Assembly: GCA_035084275.1 (NCBI GenBank)
Contig: CM068749.1
Location: 18,042,001-18,106,000 of the forward strand
Source: Hydrolagus colliei
Lineage: Eukaryota
Reading direction: 5' to 3'
Length of the DNA stretch: 64,000 nt
Shown in pieces: positions 1 to 11,570 of the stretch. Below the pieces are notes generated by a model. It worked only from the letters and a program-made list of their open reading frames with translations, did no database searches and was not told the DNA's origin. Within the stretch, counting starts at the first letter, position 1. The number at the start of each line of letters is the position of its first letter. Position numbers and translations under genes: made by a program.

Positions 1-3000
1 ATTTGATGTTTCCAAGAGTAACAATGACAGATGGAAGACCGATCACCCAAGGGAAGATCAAGATGCAGATCATTTGATTGCTCAAGTCATCCATAACGCC
101 ATCAAATGCAATCACTTTTCTTAAGGGTCAGGAGCCACACTAGCACATGGGTGTAAAGGGTACAATATTACATACAGTGACTGGTATATGTTGATGGACA
201 GCTGGGTAGTTAATTGTAGATCCCAAGGGGGAGGATTTGCTCTAGATTTATTTAATACTGTATGAAAGACTGTCCTGTGGCAGGAATTGAGTCTACTCAG
301 AGAAAATTGTGTTTTACCTGTTTTAGGGAGCTTGAAAATACATAGAAATTTCACATCTTAGAGAATCTTGAAAATTATTCAGGCAAAAATGACATAACAG
401 CAACAAGATTGACTGAAAATGTACCCTTGGAGATTTTAATGAAAATGCATTTTTTAACATTTTAACTTTTAAAAGATGTACAAAAATCTTAGAACATTGG
501 TAAGATGTGGTCCTGTGGGATTTTGGTATTTCAAATTTTGTCGGATATAATTAAATGTTACACTGTATAATAAAAACAGTACACCTCACTTTGAAATTCA
601 TACATAGAAACCAAGGCTGCTGAATATATGTGGACTACAGTATATATGCAGTAAAATACTATACAATGATGATAAAGATTATACACATATGTACTAAGAC
701 CGGTCATTATGCTGTCAACATGCTACAATTCAGAAAATTGAATAGAAATGAATACTTGTCAGAGATGAATTTCACATTTCAGTGTGGGATCACAAAAGCT
801 CAAAATAAAAGGTCTTTAAATCCCAACAACTCAAAGTGCTTTTGATCCAAACATGAAATAATGGACTCTCAAAATTGAGAATCAAACTCTCTTCATGAAA
901 AAGGCGGAGTGGAAAATGGCTTCTGCCACAGTTACCAGAAAATCTTCCAATTAGGCGGCAGAATAGCTTTCTAAGCTCTCTGTGCAAAGGGTCATACATT
1001 CAGTTGCTGCTAGATTGAACTTTTGTTCCAACTTTAATCTGAAACTAAAAGGAATCAATTGGTATATGTGTCTTGTTAATACTGTGATATTGTGGAAATG
1101 GTCCCGTATTTTACAGGTGAAGTAACTCACAATGATCATTGCCCCAGGCAGTGCCATAACTCCAGGTATATTCAATGCAGTGCACAAGCACCAGGTTCCC
1201 CAGGACTAGTTGATATAGTGGCTAGTATTACTTTACCGTTAGTGTCCAGGTGTAAACTTGAGTTATTACCAATGTGGAACTACCTCTGGCTATCACTTGG
1301 GGTCACTTCAGTCAATAGTTGACACTAAATATTTACTTATTTTTACCTATTTTGCTTTCCCAAAGTTAGAATTTGTAGGAGTAGAGCGGGTTTAACAATG
1401 TGCTGAAAACCTCAGCCATGTTGACAGTACATATTGTTAGTGTATACTTTGAGTACGTGCTTTGAGTGCCATATACTGTGTTGCCTTCAAACACTTAACA
1501 CATAAAAATTTTCAGTAAAAACAGTTTTTTGTTGATAAAATCACACAATTCTTATGAAATATATTTTCATCACATATAAAGGGGTAAGTAAAGATGTGTA
1601 AATGCAGTTTATGATATAACAATCCCATTTTTCACCCCATTATGCGAGTAAATGTAGCATTAAAAAGTAATTACCTGATTAGCAAAACAACTACATTTCC
1701 TCATTTTGTAGATTTGATTGGGCAAGTTACAGTAGAAAGTGCTTTTCACATTAAGTTAAAAAAATTTACTTGACATTCCATAAATGTTGCATCAAAATTC
1801 CATTTAAAAGGCAATGATTTTGTTTACAGAGGTTACAAATGGAAGTGATTGGGTCTCTGCCTCTCTACTTAACGGCTAAAGGTCCTACAGAGAAAATTAT
1901 TATTGCACTGGTGACAGCTTACCAACATAGGTCTGAGATCACGCATCTCTGTACAGAACAATAATATATAATACTGTCTTTTATCTCGACTTTGAGATAA
2001 CGTGAGGGATTTATTTTGTATTTACTGCATTCCTTCTTTGGCTGATTCAACATTTATCTGCTAAGCTATTTTAGCGCACTAGTTCTGCTTGAATCTCAGC
2101 TGCTAACAGTGCCACTTTATGACACTCATCCTAGCCAAAGCTTTCTGAATTCCCAGCACATATATTGCTGACAGTTTGCATATCCACATTCTGTTGTAAA
2201 AATGAAAATGCTCCACTTACAACGTATCGAGGGAGTCTTTAAATTTTAAAATTACTCAACTTTTTTTTTTACACATCATCCCTCTAAAAACTTCTGTCAT
2301 ATCCTGACAAATCAAAGTGACATTTCCAAAACAATTGTCATGTTAATCCTTAATGTATCTTATAAAGGATGAATGCAAATCTGGGCCAGAAATCTGAAGA
2401 TAATCAGTCACTTTAAATGGGCCAGACCCAATCTGGGTTTTAATTCTGACCAGTTTCAGATGATTTTTTTTTTTGCAATTCTTCTTTCTCTACAGAAATA
2501 GTCAGCAACAAGCCAGAAAGGTCACTTAGGGTTTGTATGTCAGTCAAATGGGCTCAGTTGTAAGTACAGCTTGAAATGATACAGAAATATCTTTCATTTT
2601 GAGTTGAGCCTTACTTGGGAATGCATCATATTAGATGCGCTCTATAATAAAATATATTTTCAGAAAGTCTGCGATAGGGCTTCATAACAGGTCTGTACAT
2701 ATAGATATGTGGGTACGTGCATTATTATGCTGTGCAAATTGTCATATTAAGTACTAGTTTCAGATGACTTTTCTCATGAGTCGAGCAAGTCGGTCTGAAC
2801 TTGAAAGTGCATATTTTATAAATATCAAGGAAATTATGCAATTACAAGTTTTTTTAAAATTAGATTTTAATTCTAGCAAAACAGAACACATTAAAAGTCA
2901 GATTACTTCTCCCTCCCCTATTAAGTAAAAGATCGGCATTATACATACCACCCCAAATTGGCTCTCACTTCCTAATAAAGACCCATTTCGAACCAGAGAT

Positions 3001-4249
3001 GGTATAGTTCATCAGAACTTCAGCTTCCTGTTGCTGAACAGCTGTTCATCGCCAAGGATTGGTGTAGTCTTTTCATTAATTGTATAATTCCTCCACTTTA
3101 ACTTGTTTGTGAAAAGAGACAAAAGGGACGAGAATGTTATGTAGTTCACTGGAATCCATAAAGAAAACAGGAAGAAGCGTGGAACAGAATCTAAGTGGCA
3201 GAACAGGAATAGCATTTAAAGGGAACGGTTGCAATTTTCATGGCTATGTAAAGAAGTGGTGAGGCTGGCAGAGGTAAGAGCATAGTGGAATATTGAAATG
3301 TGCTGAGCAACACAAAATAATGGTCAAGGTCAAGAGACAATAGTTGTGACCGATAATCGCAATATTAGGATATACAGTAGATCTAGCGTAAGATTACGAA
3401 TGTTTGGCTGCGCTGGATCAGTATTCAGAAATGGGAAAAGATGATACAGTAATTCCCTATCCTATCTTTGAAGTACCTGCTGCTGACTGAATCAATGACT
3501 GATGATAAATGAGTACATGTTGGACTTCTACTCGGCCTTTAATACGGGGACTCCTTACCTCTGTCAGAGGGGAAAAAAAGCTAAAATTGACATGGCGAAA
3601 ATCATGTAGAAAATAGTGGAATATGTCTTTCTCAAGTGCCCAACTTTGCACAGTCACTCAATTTTGCTTTGTACACTACACTGAGATTTGGTAGCCAATG
3701 GTGTCAGGCATGTGAGCATTTTTAACTCTCTGACAACCATTGAACATTAACAACCATCTTTATTTATACAGCACCTTTTGCGTAAAAATTGTTTCAAAGA
3801 GCTTTACTAAATCAGTTCAAAAAAGAACAGAAGGTTTTTTTTAAAAAAAACTGCTGTGCACTACAACTGAACTCTTCCTGTTTCATGGATGGTGGCAGAT
3901 GTGAACAATTATTTTTAGAAAAAACACCTCTTACTGTTGGTTCTGGGGTCGGAGCAATGATAGATGAAAATAGGTAAAGAAATCTGTAATGAAAGTATCT
4001 CACTGTATATTAATGATGGCAAAGTGCATGCAGACTGTATGGAATTGAAATAAAACTGTAATTTCACCCCATCTCAGCCTGTAAGACCATTTATCTTCAA
4101 ATTCAGGATCGCTCAAAAATTCTCAAACGTGTTTTTTATTTGGAAACTATTTTCCCCTAAATCTTAAATAAAACAGGCCAACTTGCCAAGTTAAGAGTAA
4201 ATTCAAGAATCATCCACAATTCTGCACTATCTTAAATTTTAAGACAAAA

Positions 4250-5200
4250 TGTTCTCATGAGGTGAAATTGAGGTATAAGGAGCACAATATTCAAATATAT
4301 ATCACATCTGTAAAATTGAATGAGGAGGATGGTTAATATACACAATTGTTTTTTTAAAAAAGGAAAAGCAAGTTAATCAAAAGCTGTTAAAAAAAAACTA
4401 AGAAGGTTTAAGAAATGCAGCTAGAATATCAAGGCAAAGTGCTCATGATAAACTGCCAAACTGCACTGGCTCCCCATCACAGAGCGGATTGACTTCAAGA
4501 TCTTCACTGTTGTGTTTAAATCCCTCCACTCTTCTGCATCCCCCTTTCTCTCTAACCTCCTCTCTCCTCACAGCAGTACCAGCTCCCTCCTCTCCACTGG
4601 GTCTGGCATCCTCCTTGTCCCCGAATTCTCAGCTCCACTGTTGGCAGCCGTGCTTTCAGCCACTATGCCCTGAAACTTTGGAATTCCCTCCCTTAATCCC
4701 TGCGTGTCGCCCCCTTCTTCCCATCTTCAGGTCTTGCCTGAAGACCTCTCTTTTTGACCGCACTTACGGTCACCTTTCCCTCTCCCCCTAGCTCAGCCTC
4801 AGGCTCCGCCATAGTGAAGCACTCCAAGTCGCTGCCTGGCATGGAGGGCGCTTTATAAATGCAAGTTATTGTTGTTGTTGTTGATAAGCCTGAATAAAAT
4901 GTTAGACCACAGTTGAAATAATGTGTCCAATTTGGGGCAATACAAAATAGGTAGGTTTTGATAAATGGATTTTGTACAGATGTTTGTTAGGTCAGAGGGT
5001 TGTTAGGACGTGGCCTAGAAAGGTGGTTGTGGCAGAATCCACATTAGCTTTATGAGGAAATTAATAGATATCTGAAAAGAAGAAATATAAAGGATTCGGG
5101 GGAGAGTGCAGGAGAATGGGATTAAACATCTGGTTCTTCTTTCAGAGAACCAGATCAGGCATTGGGAACAGAATTTCCGCATGCTGTCCTGTAAATGTCT
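4250..5200 (+). mobile_element. Old CR1 LINE ORF2/3' relic, split by an L2 insertion
   Basis: ctagaatatcaaggcaaagtgctcatgataaac (LEYQGKVLMIN) before 4460 resumes after 4884 as gttagaccacagttgaaataatgtgtccaattt (VRPQLK*CVQF), matching the CR1 motif IEYKS..VML.LY..LVRP.LEYCVQFW. 5010-5130 resembles the CR1 ORF2 C-terminus (aaaggattcggggagagtgcaggagaatgggat). Confidence 0.7.
4461..4883 (+). mobile_element. L2 LINE 3' end (5'-truncated)
   Basis: Translates as LHWLPITERIDFKIFTVVFKSLH...GSRAFSHYALKLWNSLP...LKTSLF, the L2 ORF2 C-terminus. Tail ggagggcgctttataaatgcaagtta(ttg)n. Confidence 0.92.
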
Positions 5201-6989
5201 ATGTTGCTTAGAGTCCATGTAAAATATATCAAATGCAAGTGCTGTTTCATGATTGCTGGTGTGAAGAGCAACTTGCTTCACTTGCTTCCTGATATTTCAC
5301 AATGTCTGTAATATGTGTGAATTTATTAGAGAGGAAACAGTGACTGGGTGTACCAGCATTTAATTACAGCGTTTATTTACCTTTCAGCATCCAGCAGGAC
5401 ACTGACTCAGAGCATCAAGAAGCACAGACCATTAAAAGTTAAACAGCGGAGTGGGTTTTCTTGGAAGAGTTTTCAGTTTAAAACGTTTATGATGGGACTT
5501 TGAAAAAAAGGAATGTTGGATTTGAGGGTTGATCAAAACTAAACCCTAACAAAGTGAAAATATATATTAAGGTATTTATATCATGTGCATGAAAAGCTGA
5601 CAGATCCTGCCTGAGTGAAGCAACATTGCAAAAATTTGGACTGCACAGGAGAAACTACAATGGATTTTTAAGACTATATTTTTACTTAGAAATATGCGTT
5701 TTGTAATTTTAAATACCATAAGTACACAAAGCCGACAGAGACACAGCCATTAATGCAGTACACCCTCAGTACCACCAGACGTAGCTCTTAGAGCTAGTTT
5801 CAAGCTGAGCACTGCTTATACGATGAATCCATTTGAACAAGCAGCTCTACTCATTCTTATGTAAAGCTTTTGCATAAAGTAGAGCCTTACAGTGTTGCAA
5901 ATGTATTGATATGTTAATGTAAACAATGTTCATCAGGAATGGAATCATGACAACTCGGATATTCATAATAACTGGGAAAAGTGACCTCAAAGTCACATTA
6001 TCAGAAGATTACAAAAATAATTCATGTCTTGAATGGGTTGACATTCACTGAATAATTTGAACAAAGGATTTAATAGCTTTAGTTTTCTTTCTAATTGTTC
6101 GTTAGTGTTTTGGAAAAATGCCCAAAACATTAAAGAAAAGGAGGAATATTTGAATAGTTGACATCACAAGACATTTCTAATGATTTTTAAAAATATAGTA
6201 GCTATTCACTGATTTAACGATCACTGTACATCATTGTTTTCAGATGTGTGTCAGTGGAAGGTCAATGATTTGAGACCTAAAGGCATGGGCAGATAATGTT
6301 TTGATCCTTAGACATTCTTTCGTAATATTTCAATATGTTACTAACAGATTCTCAGAAACATCCAATTGTACTAAATTGCACTACATTTGTATATAATGTT
6401 ATTTGGATTGTTGTTTGCATTGGAAAAGCAGTTTAGTGGGGAAATTCAACCCAGAGTGTTTTTATTTTTTATAGATTCTTGAGCCTTTATGGAATGTCCT
6501 CAATTCTTTGTTGGCGTATAATAAATCGGTGCAGTGTAACATTTTACGAGGTATTTACATGTTTTGATCACAATGGTTAAAAATATTTTGGTGTAAATGG
6601 ACAACTCCTGGGTCACATTAAGGAAGCATGGAAGGCAGAGGTGCTTGGTTTCAAAGGTTCATCGGACCTAGGGGATATCTGGTAAATTAATGATTTGAAG
6701 AACAAAAAGGTAGGACAGTATAGTAGCTTGATATACAGCCTCACATGATTTAGGGTGGGATCCTATGCAGGGTCCTACTGTTAAGGATTTTGGTGTCTTT
6801 ATATCTCTTTTTACAGATGTGCACTTGCTTTCCCTTACCAAGCTGCAGTACGCATTGCTTAGCTTCTTTGTCGCACTTTTCCGTCAAGTGATTTCTGCTT
6901 TTCTGCCACGATTGTGGCTTTTTGATTTGTTTTCATGGTTTTGTCTGTGTGCTCAGCTGCTTATGTTTTGTTGGCTTCCTGGAATGAGT

Positions 6990-7745
6990 ACTTCTTGCAG
7001 CTGCCAGACTAGATCAATGGACAATGTTACTTGTTTGGCAGGCATATTGTTCTTTACAGTGTAGGTTTGAATCTTCTTGGTTCTATCACCTGTATAAAGG
7101 AAAACAAATATCTTTACTGAATTGTGACACATAGTTACTTGGTAAAAATGTTGGCACTGACCCAATTATTTTCTCTAGTTATTGAATAACCAGATATGAA
7201 TTTAGACATTCATGATATCCATGAAAGACATCAGCAGGATAAGTCTTTGTTGCATGCAATTGACATTTTCTTGTATCTCTGACCCCTTGATATCTCTCCT
7301 AAATGTCATGGTCTTATGTTGAGCACTTTGGTACTCTGTCAGGATACAAGATTAATTGTTTGAAGACAGAGGCCATATGGTTGGGGTCATCACCCCTGCT
7401 CATATCCAAGACTTACTAAATGGACCTCAGTGGAATTTACTACTTAGAATGCAGGCCCCTCGAGATGTGTACCTTCCTACAACTCGTTGGAGCATCCATG
7501 AAGATTAATCTTGGCAGATAACATTCCCTTTTCAGTGATTGGAACAGCACCATTTTGCAATGAATATTCACCTTAATTTATTATACCTGCTCGAAATGCT
7601 TCCCATGTAGATATTTAGAGCAATTTTAATGCATTTTTTTCTCTCACTGCGTGCAATAAATATCCTTAAGGGATAGCAGGTCCCTAGGTTTGACTCAGCT
7701 ATTCCTTATTCTCAAGAGAAGGAGGGCGTCTCATTTCCCAACAGG
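6990..7745 (+). mobile_element. Highly decayed L1-clade ORF2 reverse transcriptase fragment
   Basis: Collinear L1 motifs across frameshifts: RSMDNV (~7010), LFSLVIE (~7166), FGTLSGYKINCLKTEAIWLG (7327-7386), MNI...LLYLLEMLP (~7560-7605), G.SFPN (~7725). Confidence 0.75.
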
Positions 7746-9756
7746 AGAGCTATTGCAGCTGGGACTACCCTCAGCAGTATCTATGTCACTCTTGGATCAA
7801 TAAGTATTATCTCTGCAGGTGGTCTACTGTACATGTGTTGACTGCTAGACTGTTTTTTATACTTTTGTTTGTCTTGAAGTGTCCGGTGTCTGTCATTGTT
7901 TTGAATTGGCGATTTCCAGTCCTGCCTGAAATTACACAGTTCACCAGCGAATTCAATGCCAAATTTGCTCAAAATGATCATGAACAGCCAAAGTCCCAAA
8001 AGCCTTTTTTTTTCACCCGGGATTTGGTTTCCAATTTATTGTCGCAATTTTTCTTGCAGCCGAGAAACAGACACAAAACAAAACTGTCTGAGATCACAAA
8101 CCCAGAAATCGCAATTAGCACATCAATTTCAGGTTTGGGAAAGGAAAGGGGAGATGGCACGTTTTGCAGTATTTCAGTGTTGAAAGTATCTTTGGTTTTA
8201 TATCAAATATATTTTTTGCATTGCAGTTGGAGTCCCACTTATCATGCATGGGAGCAGTGACAGAAAACAATCTGATATTTGAAAATACCCATCACATGAG
8301 GAAACTTGCTATTATCAGGAGAGTTCTCAGAATCCAATGGCACTTAGCTATCAACATCCAATGCAAGTTCATGTGTCAACAACAGTCGATTCACTGTTGT
8401 TCATAGTACAGTACATATGAAGAAATTTATTGATAGTAGTTGTTTTAGGTACAACAGCATTCACCTTAATGTGATACAGTGCATGTACAATTTTAATGTT
8501 ATGTTTAACAATATAGAGACTAGAAATTGTCTAAATTTTTTAAACTCAGTTCACAAAAGTGAAACATTGGAATCACATACACAATCCAGAGAACTTTGCT
8601 GTTTCTGGAATAGTTATTTTACTTTGTGTTGGTCAAGTACTAATAGCACAGCCCACTGGGAAGTGAAGATGCACATAGCACAAATCAACAATCCGGTATT
8701 TCCATTAAGACACATCTGCTTACTGACAGTGGCAATGAGGCTCGAATGCAGATATTCATTGTTAATGACTATGTTGCAAACCTTACCTCTAGACAGAAAT
8801 TTTACCTTTGTTTGATGTTTATTAGATCATTGACTATTTTAACTATGGCCTCTACAGAAAGATCTGAAATTATCTTGTAAAATAACTTCTTCATTCCGTT
8901 CCACAGCTAACTGAGACGCCATTGGGGGCGCTATATCCTCTCTGTGTTGTTGGTAGCAAGAGGAACTAATCCATAGCAAAAGCTTGGGTTAACTGCTGAG
9001 GCACTGACTAAAAATTAAAATAAGTTCAAAATTTATTGCAGAAGATTTACATCCATGTAAAGTAGTACAAGGCTCGGTGAAAAACCCAACTAAAAGTTGC
9101 TTAATTTCGGTGCAAATTACAAAATGTAAACTTTTTCCATGTCAAAGTAAGAGTAAATAACAGAATAAACCATCAAAAAATGAGTTCATGTAAATTAGAC
9201 AAAGGGAATGAAATAAAAATTATGTCAGCATTTTCTCAAATAATATCAACATCTATCAAAGTTGAGAAGGTACTTTCCAGGAGCCACCCAGTGTCAAATT
9301 TCTGTCCTCTGGCTCCACCCTGTCATCATACAAAAAACCTGATCAATTTGTTTGATTTCTATCCCAAAGCCGGTTTGAATTATGACAATTTATATATTTT
9401 TAAATATAAATTTAATAAAACAACTATTTCCTTGCTTTGGAAAAATGTTTATTGTTTGAAAATACAAATCAGAATTTTAGCACTACTTTGACTCAAAGTA
9501 TTGTATTTGCTGAACTGTATACATATTTTAAAAATATATTAATCCTGTATGAAAATGTAATGAAGGATCTAAAAACTAATTGTCTTTATATATTCTGTTA
9601 AAATAGCAATGATCCTTGGATTACAGTGTTTGTTTCATGTATCTAATCTCATTTATTTCACAATGTGTCCAGCAATATTTTGCATTATTTAATATTTGTA
9701 TTTAATGAATGCATAATCATACTTCTGACTGGAAGTTAAATGATGTTTTTAACAAA

Positions 9757-9820
9757 ATGCAGTATATATGCAGTATATATTTACAGAGTGTATATATATA
9801 GAAAGATATATATATATATT
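9757..9820. repeat. (TA)n-rich microsatellite with a short tandem duplication
   Basis: tgcagtatatatgcagtatatat followed by TA runs. Confidence 0.7.
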
Positions 9821-10539
9821 TAGTCAGATAGATATCTTTTGCCCACAATATGCATTAAAATTTATAGTATACCATGTCAATAATCTATTATTGTAATTTA
9901 TCTCCAGATTAATAGGTAACATCTGCCTACCACTGCTGATTTCCCTAAGAAAATAGTTTTCCTTGGACTATTTCCCAGGATGTTTGTTCTTACACCTGCC
10001 TTCATAAACTGGAGTCTCAAAGCTTTCTGACCTCACTTTTACTACTTGAATTATTACATGAAATGTGATGTTTGTATATTAATGAAACAGTATATCAAGA
10101 TAAAATGCATGTTGCATATGCATGAGCTGCCTGATCCAAAATAAGGTATCCCTCAGAGCATCTCCTGTACGTGGGGAGAACAATAAGGTTGTGGTAAAAA
10201 CCTATAAACGGATGACTGGGATTAATTTAAAATTTCGGTCGCACATTATCTGAAATGACCAGGTGATAAAACTTCCTTTTTACTTAGATGTTTTGCACTA
10301 AAATCAAAAGCTGTGTTCACATATAAATTTATTACACAGCAAATTAAATGCAGTAAAAAAAAGCAAACAATTTTAAATAAGCTTGCTTTACAACCACTTT
10401 CATTCTCAAACATCCTGATGCATTTGCTTAGTCAGTCCTGTATGTTAATTAATAGGAAATTCCTCATCCTTGGAATTGAAAGTACAATCTTCTGTTATGA
10501 CTTCTTGTTCATTTCTGGCAAAAGAGGAGTTGTTAAAGA

Positions 10540-10840
10540 CCATTCTGTAGCTCCTTGGTTAGAGCACTCAGCTTGCAAGAGACCTGGGTTCGATTCCTGG
10601 CAGGGCGAAATCCTAGGCAAGTTTCCTTAGTCCACACACCTGATAAGAATCCCTTAACAAAAAAAAATAATAAATTGATCACTTCAATCCACGACTGTTT
10701 GTGGGACCTTCTGTGCACAATTGGCTGCTGCGTTTTGCCCATAAATATACTGTCAATTCACTTTGTAGTACATTCTGTGAAGCACTTTGAGACGCCTAGA
10801 AGACGTAAAAAGTGCTATATCAAATGTAAGGATTATTATA
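10540..10840 (+). mobile_element. Near full-length tRNA-derived SINE (3' Deu domain, L2-type tail)
   Basis: A-box-like tagctccttggttagagc, B box ggttcgattcc, body ctgtttgtgggac...caattggctgc, tail gtgaagcactttgagacg...aaatgtaaggattatt. Many homologous copies in the window. Confidence 0.92.
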
Positions 10841-11459
10841 TATTCTCAGCCACGTGACTTTAAAATATGATTAACATAAGCAGATTTTTTTTAATTAAAC
10901 ATTTCTATTGCAATTTACACCATTTAAAAATTTAAATTAGGATTTAGGCAGACCCCAGATATCCAATTTTACGTTGAATACCAGTTTATAGAAAGCTAAA
11001 GTGCATATTCAGAATTACCCTTGGGACGGTTCATAAAGAATGTCGCTGCATTCAGCTGCCTCTACAGGGAATTGAGTAAACGCAACAGCAAATGGTTATC
11101 AAACAGTGGTCTTTGTACATGCGATGTCCTAGAAGAACAGCAAGGGGATGCTGCTGAACCAGGTCTTCTCAGTCATTGACCAGAACTGTTTGCTGGTAAG
11201 ATCAATCCCTGTTCTTTATCATTTTCAATGAAACAAACCAATTGTTTGTTCATCACTTTAAAAAAAAACGGTAGTTCTGTACTCTTGCCACAGAAGTTGA
11301 GCAGCGAGGTTAAAGCAGATATATTGCCCATTGATGGACATGAATGACAGCATTGGAAATGATCAAACTACACAAAACAAGGATGAAAATCAAGAAAGTA
11401 TGTCCACGTGGTGTTGTGTACTTGATTATCAAGGTTAGCTTGCAAATTTCACCCACTTT

Positions 11460-11570
11460 ATTTTGCCCCACAAAGTGCACAATCAAACCACTTTGCAGTG
11501 TGTCCTGTGAAGTGCTTTGAGATGTCTTGACAACATAATAAGGCACTACATATGTAGCATTATTATTATA
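11460..11570 (+). mobile_element. SINE 3' tail fragment
   Basis: cactttgcagtgtgtcctgtgaagtgctttgagatgtc...aggcactacat...(att)n matches the family tail. Confidence 0.7.

Noticed and set aside
7835-8260. Longest ORF (141 aa)
   Set aside because: Non-ATG start, no recognisable motif and no convincing splice structure.
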